Shown piece after piece: positions 1 through 12,429 of a stretch of 64,000 bases of DNA. How positions within the stretch are numbered: the stretch's first letter is position 1; every line of letters starts with the position of its first letter. The notes beneath the pieces were generated by a model that saw only the letters and a list, made by a program, of their open reading frames with translations, was not told the origin of the DNA and did not search any database. The stretch comes from Balanoglossus misakiensis (lineage: Eukaryota; Animalia; Hemichordata). The stretch covers positions 12,465,129-12,529,128 of the forward strand of contig CM082576.2 of the NCBI GenBank assembly GCA_040954595.2, given 5' to 3'. The translations under genes and the position numbers were made by a program.

Positions 1-3000
1 ACTTTAGGCATGCAGGATGATGGGGATAGTCTGTGATTATGGCATGTCCTGGAACAGATAGCAATTCACTGCACTCTTTAATGATACATTGTATACGGTG
101 TCATGGAAAGTTCAGGTGTTGATAGTAGGTCAACTATTTCCTGGTAAATTCTTTTGTTTTTACGGCAGATCCTGTATAATTTGAAGGGGATCTAACTTTT
201 CTGAAACTTTTAGGATTTTTCTGGCTGTACTATTAATGTAGATATTGTAAATTGATCATAAAACCAAAAAGGGATAAATTAACACTCTTTATTCGATGGA
301 AGTCAGAAGATGATACATGTATAAAGAGTGTTCAGAAGGTACTGTGTTGTTTTGATGAAAATATCCAGATTCAAGTTTGATAAATGTGCATCAACATGCA
401 TGCATCACGACTAATGCCATGCTGTGCTTATTTTTGTGCTGTCAGATATCATGGGGAATCACTGTATTAATCTTAACAAGCGAGCTTTCAATTGAGAAAA
501 TAGATATAGATACATTTGTAGTGGGCTCTAGCTGCTTTGTTACACTGTCGCTCAGTTGGAAACCTTCTAAAAGGTAGACGAAGAACGTGACAATGTTGTC
601 CCAATAGAGGCGGAGGTCCTTTTCACCATGACGATATTTATGCTGATGTAAGTGGCTGAAATAAAATGGAATAAGACAGCATTGATAAGATTTTCTCTGA
701 TATTTCACTTTGATTTACACTGCAAGAATAGATGTATTGATCCCGGACCTGCATGCCAAGTCACAAAATTTTGTTTTACAAGTAACATAATGGTATTATA
801 CTTTATAGTAATTAATACAACTCTGACAAATGGAAACAGGAAAACAGTTACTTGAACTGTGACCTTGTCAGCTCAGGGAGTATGTGATTCACTCATTTAC
901 ATGATGGTGTCAGTGTTATATTTTTACATGTACTTTTAATATATAGTAAATCATCGTACAGTGATTTAAAAGATACGTCCCCCTGAGTATTTTAATTGCC
1001 GAATAATATGTGGCTTTAAGAATTTTTTATGGTGATTCATTTGCATTTGTGAGCGGAGGAATTATGGCTTCGAATATGCGAAAGTCATTATGATGTCAGC
1101 AGATGTCAGTGAAGATCATGTCAGGATAGCAAGGCTAATTTAACACTTTGATGTGCAACATCCATCAACAGTAGCCATAAATACAGAAGAGCTGTGTTAA
1201 AGAAAAATAGAGCCCCTCAAGGTGTTTGCTCCAGTCCCCCCTGCCTATAATGAAGTGATCCAAATACATTGGCCCAACCACACATACTCAGAGTGGCGCG
1301 ACGCGCACTGTCTTTCCATGGTCCAACTGTTTGTAAAGGAATCAGTCGGTTGTTGTTGCTCTCTCTCTTGTCAGAAGGTAAGAAATTTAAAAAAACACAA
1401 CTTTACTATTATTGTAACTTTAATACTCAGAATTATGGCACAATCTTTGGCATATTTTTAGAATACCTGGCACAAATTTAGAAAAAAAGACACATCTTCT
1501 TATTGTTAATACGGTTTCATCTAAAGACTGACGAAGAAAACAGCCAAAAATAACTTTCATTTATCAGCATTGTGACATCACCATGTTTAATGTTCGTCCT
1601 AGCCACTTTTATAGTTTTTTTTCTTCTGATATCATCGTTACCAAGGCAGACTCTAATATCCTGTGTGTGTATTTTCTGGGCGAGGGTATTCCTTTTGTGA
1701 CCTCAGATGACAATCTTCCCACGACAGTTATACTGATATTGAAGTTTCGGGCGTATTTAAGCTCTGTTGAACTAATAGTCAGTTCTGCTTTCGTGTTATT
1801 TGTTTCTAAAGATAGAAAGTTTATAGGTTGAAAGTAAAAAAGCATTTGGCGCTCAATACAAACCGCATGTTCTAATACTGTCACATATCAGATAGCAGCT
1901 TGTATTATAGTGTTACAATTATCATTTCGTAATTCATGCCTACTCGAAATTCAATCAACATATTGCAACTGCTCGAGGGCAGATGTTAATTTTTTTTCCT
2001 GTCAGCCTAAAAATAGAATCTTGCAATTTAAAACTTGTCTTTCTGTCCAGTTGCGTTTTTTCCATCTGAGTACACTGACAAGTCGCCCATTTTGTCATGG
2101 CAACACAACAGACCAAATACAATTCAAAGTTGATTTTGCCGTGTATACCTGTGCACCTGATCCAGGACTTGAAGAGAAATTGAGTTTATATATAATTGCT
2201 AGCTGATACAAGACATGGCATGTTTCTGCAAACTGTTCTGTGCTTGCGTCGTAATGTTGTTATTTTTCCATCAAAGTCATCCTGTCGAACTGTCAAGTCT
2301 AATAATTGTGACATGATATCATACAAACCGTGAAGCTCCATCTGCAATCACTTTTTTCATGTCTGAAAGTTGCGTTAGCTTTCAGGAAATATGTCAAAAC
2401 TCATTGTGTATTTTCCTACAGTTGTTGTTTTTCCAGATTTTAACATGTGGTACGTGATCGTTTTAAGTCCAAAATCAGCAGTGTTATAAGGGAGGTGGCC
2501 CACTATTCAGTATTTTTTATGATTGAACATTTTGCATTAGAACTGTTGTGAACTGGGATAGGGTTGTAATAAAAATGTGTGAATGTGTTGGTGATTTTGG
2601 AAAAAACTTGCACAACATCGACTATAGAGAAACAGTCAAATGGAAAAAAAAAACATTTTATTTCCCTAGTACAATGAACCACTACAGTGTATTGAACTGT
2701 GAGCTTCTTTATAGCTAGGGCATGCAGATAATGCCAGCGTGTGTAGTCAACTCATCAGATGACGTCAAGTTTTTCAAGTGTTTTGCTTTGAATGCAGCCT
2801 GATTTTACACAATTTGCGTGTTGATTAAAAGAAATACTGATTACAGGATCCTATTCTCGAAAATAGGAAATGTTGCTTTAATACAATGTAGGTCGTCAAC
2901 AATTTCTATTTGCACAAACTCATATTGTAGAGAGCTTGTACTTAACAAAGAGCTTAAACTACTAGTTTTCAAGTAACACTGTACACTTATTGCTATGGTA

Positions 3001-6000
3001 ACACAAGAAAATACAGCTCTCTTAAACTAGGGTTAATAGAAGATATATAGAAGGCATTCTGTATTGCACTTATTTGCAGGCTTGTTACAGCTCACGTGTG
3101 TGAGATGTGATCTCTAACCATGTATTCTTAATATCCACACTTTGTACATTTAGAATTTTAACTTTTCTGTGTTCAAGGGATGTTCGAGCTAATGAATTGT
3201 TGTAGATACGTGTAGTTTACTTTAGAACTTCCCTTTGGAGGATTCCTGAAGACATCACTGGGGATACCGTTTCGCGTTAATGAAAGGCAATATGCCCAGA
3301 GACACCAGATTGTTTCCACAGCATTTAGCGCTGTTCTCCCAAAGGTGATGATGTGCGCTCTCTGTTCTCGTAAGTGATACGGATCTCGGAGAGTGGGAAA
3401 GTTAGCTTTAAGCATGCGGTGGTCTGCCGGATGAGGTCAACAAAGGTCGACACATTTCCACACCTCTCTGGTGGCAATAACATTCCCCGGCTCCGTTTCA
3501 GTGGGAAATTGCTGCCGTTAAATAGTCGTATAGATGCAGATTGCCGGCAGTATCGAACGGATTATACACACGTTTGCGCTGATTTGCTTCATTTTGGAAG
3601 TCTTTTATCGATCACAATGTGTGATTGAAGTGTCTGTGCGATAACTGGAACGTTTCGGCATTCATGTTCAAATGTGGCCACTTGCCACCTTTATTCGTTG
3701 TAAACCTGAGCTGAATAAAAAAAAAATTCTAAAGTATCACATTCTGTACTTTTACATCTGTCATTATTAGAAAATCCAGATCAGGTCACTTACCGGCTTA
3801 TTTGCGCGTGTAATTGTGTGGAATCCCCCACTGCTAGATAACCACTGGCCTTAACCTTGTGTTTTCTGAGGCACACACTTTCAATATTAAACAAAAATTA
3901 TTTTCCATCTCATTGATTTCGCTAACGATCATTTGATATTTTGAGGACAAGTTTCTAAATTACTAATAGTGGACTTTAGTGTTATCGATCGATATTCTAG
4001 ACGGTGCGCTGTAATTATGCAGATGCCGTTTCTGTTTTATGAAATCACTGCCAGCCGAGTTTTTGAGTGAAGAGAATGGCAATATGTCGGGTCAGGACAA
4101 GGTTATATACCTGAGAGTCAGGCGGTAAATGCTGAAGGTTTCAAGACTCGGGATTCTCTCTTGCAGGCAGCTGTTGCCATGGCGAATTCTCTCACCTGTG
4201 TGAAGGCTGATTTTCACCAGGCAACCCATATGCAACATGAGATAATTTTTTTCTCTGACATGTATATGAGCGTGATGCCCTAAATACTTCCCTGTCTTAA
4301 AACCACCATGATATATAGAGATAAAATGCATGCATTACAGTGCACTCGATCATTTAAAATAAAATGTGTCAACTTTACCTCATGTTTCGACATTTTCGAT
4401 AGCGTCGATGTGCGAGAGTATCTTATGGGGGTAAAACAAATTCTTCTTGTCACTCTGTATCATTTTATCAATGATCCTCATTTTTCACTTTGTCAAAACT
4501 GTCACTTTATCTAAGAATGTATTGCGGAAAAAAAGATAAGCTGCAAAATTATCTTAAGTGGACTCTCTTTTTCTGGTATAATATATTTATTTTACTTGAC
4601 GTGAGGGAGATTGTAAAAGAAAAAAAATATTTTGATTTGTAATGTGTTAGTCACTACTCTGGAAAATAAAAAGATATATACAGTTACTTGTAAAATTATT
4701 AGAAATCTTTTTAATTTTTAATATTCAAAAATCCATTTAATGAAGAAAAATATGAAATAAAACTTCATTTTCATCACCGTCAATCACAGGAGTTTTTTCA
4801 GTTTAATACGTCTAATCAGATTGATTCAAAAATATTTCACAAAAAGAAAAAAAAGTACAAATATAGCACACATCACCTGATATAATTAATGTAGTCAGAT
4901 TCGTGTTTCTCTGATTATCCTCCGTTTGTATTGTGTGTATCATGACGGTACTATTTCAATAACTTTTTTATTCATGGCATGTTCTTGAATGGTAAACAAA
5001 ATTCCCATCCATTATTGCTGACAAAAGGCACAAGAAATGGAAATCTGATCGCCCAAACCTGCAATTTCAGTGGTGACCTGTAGGCTGGCTCGCGGTATTC
5101 AGGTGCGTTTGCGAACCCGACACATAAAAGGAAATCATTTGGTAAGTCCACCACGTAGTCTGCAACGAGTAATTTTTATCTAAATTTATATCACACAGAG
5201 TTCCTTTGAATAGAAAAGCTTCATATTTGCACAAATAATTGCTCTGGGTATTGTGTGCTTGTCTACTAGTTCATGCGCTTCGGTAAATTGACACAGAAAT
5301 AGAATTCATAACTTTATGTACAGTCTTATATTTTATATAATAAATTTGAATAACAAGTTTTCTATATTTTTTATTTTAATATTCATATCATTTATTTGTA
5401 TAATTTGTATCAACAGTTTTGTATACATTCAACAATCATTATTTAAAATTCTACTTGTAAAATTCAATATTTAATAACATTCAGGTCATTAGTAACAGTC
5501 GTGAATCTTGGAAAAGTCAGTCACAACAGAATTGTACTATGAAAAAAACATGTTATGCCCCACAACCAGTATGATTTTAGTTACCAAGTTTCTCAGCTTT
5601 TCCATTATAATCTTGAAATGTATTTAGACAGTATTTCAATATTATCACACCAAAACTGGAAATTAATTTAAAGTGCATCAACTTTTAACTTTCCTAACTC
5701 AGTATTGCATTTGAACAAGAATGTGTCCCTTGATGATACAGGCTTTAATCTGGACAACCAGTCGAAGCTGTTGAACTTTATTCTTCAAACACAGACAGTC
5801 TCTGCTTCTACATTTTATAATCAGCAGTTGAGATCAATTGCAATACAGTGTACAGACATTCTTATCAAATCCATCATCAGTTTTTCAAGTTTCTCAGAAA
5901 ATCGGTTGAAATAAAGCGTGTCTGTGGTGTAATACAGAGACGGCTAAGCATCTATAGGTCAGCATAACTATATCAGATGAAGGGATGTTATCTATACAGA

Positions 6001-8073
6001 CAAGTAAACCTTCTGTGGGAGGAAAATATTACCACCAATTAAGATACCAGGGTAAAAAAGTCGTAATCTGAGAAGAAACTTCAGTAACGCTTTTGAGATG
6101 AAAGTGTGCCTCCTGCTTCCGAACGATTGCCAGATTATTCGATAGCACTTGCGGACGGCGGACATGAAACTCGGATCTTGGCTGCGCACACATGATCAGC
6201 TGATAACACAACCATTAATTTTTGAACATAGGTTGCAAACACGATAAAAGGGGCGTTAAGGCACTATTGGTAAGTCTTGTCAACCCACCTAAACAACACA
6301 GGTAAATACTGATAAGAATTATGTCGTAGTGTTTGGAAGTTCAGCTGCGTCTGAGACCTTTTTGGGATTTCATGGATTAATTTCGTTTGTCAGCCGTATA
6401 TTGTGTAAAATTTAAAATATGATCATATGAGAAATCAAGGTGAATGTGTGCAAGTCAGTGGCATGCCAAATATGCTGAGAGACCACCTTGGTAGCTACCT
6501 TGAGTATTATAAGCCCTTGACATTATGACCGATATCTATTTTCATGGATAGCTTTAAATTCGCCATTTTTGGCATTTAGCATTAAATACCAGGTATTTTT
6601 AATTGTCTTGATGTCTTGACATCATCAATTCACATATGGCAATGCCCCAATTAACTTCTGCAAAATTAATCTGTGGAACCGCAGCACACACTTCTCAACC
6701 TTAACCTTCAAAAATGTCCCTCAAGCTACTTTTTCAAAATTGACTCATACCGGTAATACATGCTATGATGCATATAAGACCCTCAAGAAACTTGAAGTTC
6801 TATGATCGAAGAGGGTTGTTATGGAAACAAATTAATAAGAGACTCTGTTGAGCACAGTGTGATTAAAACCTGATTTAGGGATTGGCTTGTTATACAGTCT
6901 GCGTACTTTCATTTGAATTCATTTTGAGAGTACACAATCTGGTCTTATACTTGCAAGCCTCTCAACATTTAATCAGAGATGGAATTGTATGAAGAGAAGG
7001 ATATCACTTCAGTAGGATTTAGCAAAACTGAAAGATATTTACTGGCGCAGTAATGTGAAGATTATTTGCAGTCTCTCCAATTTTGTAGTTGTAAGTTACA
7101 ATGCGTTGTTTGGGACAAAGTAACACGTACAGAGGAAACTTTAAGGATGTATAATCAGTAATATCGTCATTTCTTTTAATTGTTGATATTTCGAATCTCT
7201 TTTTAATTTTGATCAAAATCTGTAATAAAATTTAGGGGTTGCTCTTCTAGTCAAGGCCGTAAATTTAGCCAATAACGAAGCAATAACTGCTGAGTCAGCA
7301 TTTTTCATCATCAATGGTTTTTCAATAGGCAAAAAACGTTTCATGGTGTTTATCTGGGATCTGAGTGACCATATGATTTGATTCAGCTAATGAATTTCAA
7401 TTCTTTTGACTGAGCTATGTACAAACTTTCATGAAAATGACAATATTTAAAATCGGTTTTGTAGCAATTCTTGTAATTCTGTGGGGAAGAGACAGATTCC
7501 ACATGCTCATAGTGCACGTACGTCCGTAACCGGATCGGACAGACTCTTTGAAAGTGAAATTTCTATATTCATGGCGTCGTACACGTACGTTCGGCATTAT
7601 GCAGAGATATAAAGTTAAATTTAGCTTCACAACTGAGAAAGTTTCCATAAAAACGCAGCAGGCTCTATTCAGATTCATTCTGGACTGACGAAAATTGTGT
7701 CTGGTTACGGAATATGCACGTCAACATTAGAAGTGGAAAAAAATGATACCAATGTTCGCACTTCAAACTGATTAAAACTTGTACATCATTTTAGATGACG
7801 TCATGTCGTCATGGTTATATGTTTGCTACAATATGTAATTGCATGTTGCTAATAACGTAATTCTGTGCTTCTTGTATGCACTAATGATTCGGGCCTTTTG
7901 TGTACAGAAAGGAGATGGCTCACAGCTTTTCAATATGAAATGGCGCATTGGCAATAAATGTCAATATTTGGTTCTCCTCGGGATTTATATATATCTTATT
8001 TGCCTTGAACAAATTGAAACACTTTCGCTTGTCTACCAAGACCATATAAGAACATTAGTCTGATTAATAACGA

Positions 8074-8099
8074 GTGTGTGTGTGTGTGTGTGTGTGTGT
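8074..8099. repeat. (GT)13 microsatellite
   Basis: Perfect GT dinucleotide run read directly. Confidence 0.95.
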
Positions 8100-8693
8100 A
8101 GTAATACAGCAGATATATTTGAAGAATACAACCTTAAAGCATAAACTGGGTTCCAGTTCATTTGTGCCAGTAAAAACATTTCTTTATGAGCCTTTATATC
8201 ATAAGAAAATCAAATTAGTTACGATTTACCTCAACCATTAATTATCGCCCCCCCCCCCCACCATAAACAGTCATTGCATCGCCCTTTATTCCTTCAATAA
8301 ATGAAATTGCGTAGTGAATTTCTTAATGGCTTATTCATGATCCCCATCAGATTTTCTATTCGTCATTAAAAGTTTCTGCCTGAATTCACATACCTTCTGA
8401 CAGAGAGATATACAAAAAGCTATTTGATAGATTCCAGCATCCCTCATTAAATCTACTTTTCGAAGAAACATTTACAAGATTTTGTCAAAGTTCATACCTG
8501 ACCCACGGTGACAGATTCAGATGTTTCTGATTTATCAAGATGTTCAGAGAATTAAAGTAGCCTTTTCAAAGTAATTACTTAGATTTGAGATTGAAGAAGA
8601 TTTTACTAATCGCCAGCCTCATACGTATCGTCATAATGACATCATCGCTTTACATCTAAAGCACCCACTGAAGTACATGTCGAAAAAGATATA

Positions 8694-8872
8694 CAGTCAA
8701 ACCTGTGTTAGTGACCACCTCTATATAGTGACCACCTCTATATAGTGGCCACTTAGTTACAGTCCCTGTACAATTTACATGTGTATAAATTAACCTGTCT
8801 ATAAAGACCACCTGTCTATAAAGGCCAGTTTGGTAAAGTCCCTTGACTGGTCACTATAGACAGGTTTGACTG
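8694..8872. mobile_element. Non-autonomous Tc1/mariner(pogo)-type MITE, 179 bp
   Basis: TA|CAGTCAAACCTGT...ACAGGTTTGACTG|TA: TA target duplication and ~24-bp imperfect TIRs with CAGT termini. Internal ~18-bp subterminal repeats (ACCTCTATATAGTGACC / ACCTGTCTATAAAGACC). No ORF. Confidence 0.85.
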
Positions 8873-10636
8873 TATGTTACATGGTATTCATCATAGGAGA
8901 TTTTGACCTGGCTGAGAAGAAGAGTTTAGTGTTGGATTTGAAGACAAGATAATGTTAAAGGGACAATGTCGCTCACTTTTGACATTATTTTGGTTATATA
9001 ATTTTTTTGATAGATTATTTATGTCGTTCAGCTCATTGGAATATGCTCAATGACCATTTTGTCACAATTCAAGTCACACCCTGCATTGGTTTAAAACTCA
9101 GGAATGCTATGATTATTATTTTAATCTTATCACTCCTGAGATGATTAGAATTTCTTACAGTATCAGTTTCGGCATTAGAAGGTCCATGTTGTAATGTAGT
9201 ACGTGTCTAAAATGGTGTAAAACAAAAACCCAGAAATATTCATATTTACATCACTGTACAACTATCTCCAGGACCAAAAATATAAAGTGTAAATGTCTCC
9301 ATTCGGATGTGTCAGAAATTAACTTTAGTTTGACTTGTTTACATTCTTGTTTGTATGACCATTTTGTTGCGTGTGCTATAAGATACTGGAATTTAAAAGA
9401 TGAGCATAAGTAGTCTTTAATCAGAAAGTGGTGAAAAGGGGAATTGTGATTAATATTTGTACCATCTCTTCTCTAAATCTGCTTTTGAGTACAAATAGGA
9501 TTTCCAGTATCAGATTTTTCTTCTCCTACAAATTGCTTCATTGTTAAACATGTTTTTCACCGTTTTTTTCATTGTACTTTGATACTTGAACCACACCATT
9601 AAAACGAGACGGTTTTGACCAAAATAGTCGTAATGAACGGATTAAATAATACGCTAGAATATTTTCTTTATCCCGCACTCACGGTTGATTGAGTTAACAA
9701 CTTGATGACTTTAATGGTGGGAAGGCTTTTAATTTAATAATGAATTAAGCCTAATAGCGCGTTATAAGCAGGTCGCAGCATGTGATTAGTATGCGACTCA
9801 ACAAATTAACCACTGACGCGCATGTAGCTGTATGCTACCCCTCAGGGTCTATAGGAGAGGGGGAGGGGGAGATATAAATTATATCTTGGCTGGCAGTGAC
9901 ATTTAATGCAACGGCTCTATGTGGCTCAGAGATCTGCATGTTTAATATATGAGTTGTTCTACAATGTCAGTGAAAGTTTCCGTGGCATAATAGGCATTTC
10001 CAGTTATATCTGTGGCATCAAAATCCACTGGAGCGCAAACAACTGAGAAAGTATGGCCAGTACACATAAACCACTAATGTAAGATTCAGAGGATCGCGGA
10101 ATCAGGTGCCCTTTCAAAGGTGAAAAAAATCGGTCAGATTTTTTCTGATAAGACTTACATTAGAGAGGTGAGGTGTTGACTCTCCAAGTAAAAACACTCA
10201 CTGCTTCAACAGCCATGGGGGGTTACAACAATAAAACATGCAGGTGGCATTTCATGGATATCCATGCAGCTGTTCAGTAGTACATGAGTGCCTTACATGT
10301 AATTAACCTATCCAGATTTGCGTCGAACTGTATCATATTTTGACTCCAGGCAAAGACCAAATTTCTGCCAAATAAGCAAAATTCAAGATCACTTAGAAAA
10401 AAAGAAGATATTTTTAAAGTTTAAAAACTACAATATAGTGTTTTTCCGCTATCAGCTGCCGTCAGGTGTAGTTGTCTGTAAATTTGTTTTCAGGTGAAAG
10501 TCCTCGGTGTTCATGCTGTGACTCGTAAATCTACCACTTAGATTTCAATGTACCCAACAGCAAGACTTATGTCATGCACTGTTTATATGTACTGCATCTG
10601 TTTCAATCAATTCCCTTTCCGTTTTACTTTTTACAG

Positions 10637-11013
10637 GAACGTGTTCATTAGAACTCTACAGATGAGAGGATCACTTCACTGATGTTGATCATGATGTATA
10701 GCGGCTGTAACCCCGACAACGATCGGCATGCAAGAGAGGAAAGAGAAACGCAAGATGGAATTGTGCCATAAGTGTGTGATCAGTCTGGGAAGCCATCTTC
10801 GGTTGTAACCGGACTTAGAGTACCAGCAGGTGGCATCTACTGCGTATGTACAGCACATTAGCCAAACCATACATCATCATTTGAGAAGTCGCGTATCGCC
10901 GGCAAGAGTCTGGGGATCAAGAGTAATGGCCTGTGGTGACTTCGGTGCGGATTTTACGTTTCGGTCACCCGCTCAGAAAAGTTTACCTCGCTGAGTTTCG
11001 TTTTCTGCGCACC
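10637..11013 (+). other. 5' UTR portion of the GPCR coding exon (splice acceptor at 10635-10636)
   Basis: Strong pyrimidine tract CCCTTTCCGTTTTACTTTTTACAG|G upstream of the CDS. Upstream non-coding exon(s) not located with confidence. Confidence 0.55.
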
Positions 11014-12429
11014 ATGACAATAAACTGTTCGGACTTTTTCAGCGAAGAGTTCAACAACATAGCCGGTGGCAGTTCGACGACGTGGCAGCCGGGATTCGTG
11101 ACAGCGACCGTGGTGTTCCTGGTGATGCTGCCCGTGATCCTGTGCAGCAACGTGGTGGTGATCGTCTGCGTGGTCAAGTTCAAGCGGCTGCAGATCCCGG
11201 CCAACTACTTCCTGAGCAACCTGGCCGTCTCCGACATCCTCGTCGGAGTCTCCATGCCGCTGGTCTACATGGCCGAGAGCCAGCAGATTCGCATCAAGGA
11301 CGGCGTGGCGTGCCTGCTGGTGTACTGCGTGTGCATCGTGGCGTGCAGCACCTCGCTGCTCAATCTGACCATCACGGCGTACGACCGGTACTCGGCGCTG
11401 GTCACCCCGCTGAAGTACGCGGCGTCGATAACCGTCAAATCGACCACCATCGTCATCATCCTGACGTGGATCGCCATAACGGCCATCGGTTTCGCCCCCC
11501 TGATGGGCTGGTACCACGACGGAGGTTTCAAGACGTGCTCCGTGTGCTCCTTCCGGCTGATCAACCAGTACTGCGTGCTGTTCCTCATCTGCGCCGTGTT
11601 TCTGCCCAACTTCATCTGCATCTGCTGCTTCTACTACCGGATAATGAGCATCGCCCGCAAGCAGTCGCGGGCCATCTCGGCCATCCACCTGGCCGTCTAC
11701 CCGGTCCTCATTAACAAGAACCTGAGCATGCAGTTCAAGGGCAGCAAGTACGCCAAGACGCTGGCCATCATCATGGGAATCTTCATGCTGTCCTGGCTGC
11801 CGCTGGTCGTGACGCTGGTCGTGGAGATCCTCTGCCGCGACCACTTCAGGTACCACTACCTCTACAGCTATTTCACGCTGCTCATTTACTGCAACAGCGC
11901 GCTCAACCCCTGGATCTACTCCTTCAAAAACAACGACTTCAAGGCCGCCCTGCGCAGGCTGCGGAGGAAAGTCTGCACGTGCTGCAACGTGGAGACGCCC
12001 AGCCTCAACCGGTCGGCCTCGCGCGCCTCCATCGCGCTCAGTCGCACAAACAGTCTGATCGGAACCGTCAATTTACAGATGTTGTACGAGACGTACAAGG
12101 ACGAGCCAATCGCGGAAGTGCCCAACGAGTCCGTCAGCATGAGGCACCGGTCCAGTGAGGGGGAGAAGACGGTGGACACTGGACAGACGCAGGTCCAGTG
12201 CGTTGTGGAGCCGCATCAACAGGAGGGATGTGCAAATCAAGAGATGAGGGACAATCTGGGAGAGAGTGACGCGTTCGAGGATGTCTCTGAACTGGAATGT
12301 TCCGATACGGTCATTTACGATGCCATCAATTATCAAGAGAAGAGAGGACTATCTGGTCGCTGCGACGATGAAGCAACTCCAGTTACACCTTGCAATAACA
12401 TTTCAGTTGTCATGGAAACAGAAGTGTAG
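11014..12429 (+). CDS. Class A (rhodopsin-like) GPCR, 471 aa, single coding exon; non-aminergic, adenosine-receptor/GPR119-like orphan
   Basis: Seven hydrophobic segments with TM1 SN, TM2 LAVSD, TM3 DRY, TM4 W, TM5 P...Y, TM6 SWLP, TM7 NSALNPWIY, helix 8 F(K)AAL and CxCC palmitoylation sites. High GC3. Start chosen at ACCATGA (11014) rather than the GTG at 10933. No Asp in TM3 at the amine-binding position. Confidence 0.93.
   Translation: MTINCSDFFSEEFNNIAGGSSTTWQPGFVTATVVFLVMLPVILCSNVVVIVCVVKFKRLQIPANYFLSNLAVSDILVGVSMPLVYMAESQQIRIKDGVACLLVYCVCIVACSTSLLNLTITAYDRYSALVTPLKYAASITVKSTTIVIILTWIAITAIGFAPLMGWYHDGGFKTCSVCSFRLINQYCVLFLICAVFLPNFICICCFYYRIMSIARKQSRAISAIHLAVYPVLINKNLSMQFKGSKYAKTLAIIMGIFMLSWLPLVVTLVVEILCRDHFRYHYLYSYFTLLIYCNSALNPWIYSFKNNDFKAALRRLRRKVCTCCNVETPSLNRSASRASIALSRTNSLIGTVNLQMLYETYKDEPIAEVPNESVSMRHRSSEGEKTVDTGQTQVQCVVEPHQQEGCANQEMRDNLGESDAFEDVSELECSDTVIYDAINYQEKRGLSGRCDDEATPVTPCNNISVVMETEV

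Noticed and set aside
10933-11013. GTG-initiated N-terminal extension of the GPCR
   Set aside because: Non-ATG start from a prokaryote-style ORF caller; a good Kozak ATG lies at 11014.
10954-11856. 300-aa antisense ORF and a 210-aa alternate-frame ORF over the GPCR
   Set aside because: Shadow ORFs caused by very high GC3 codon usage of the real gene; no recognisable domains.
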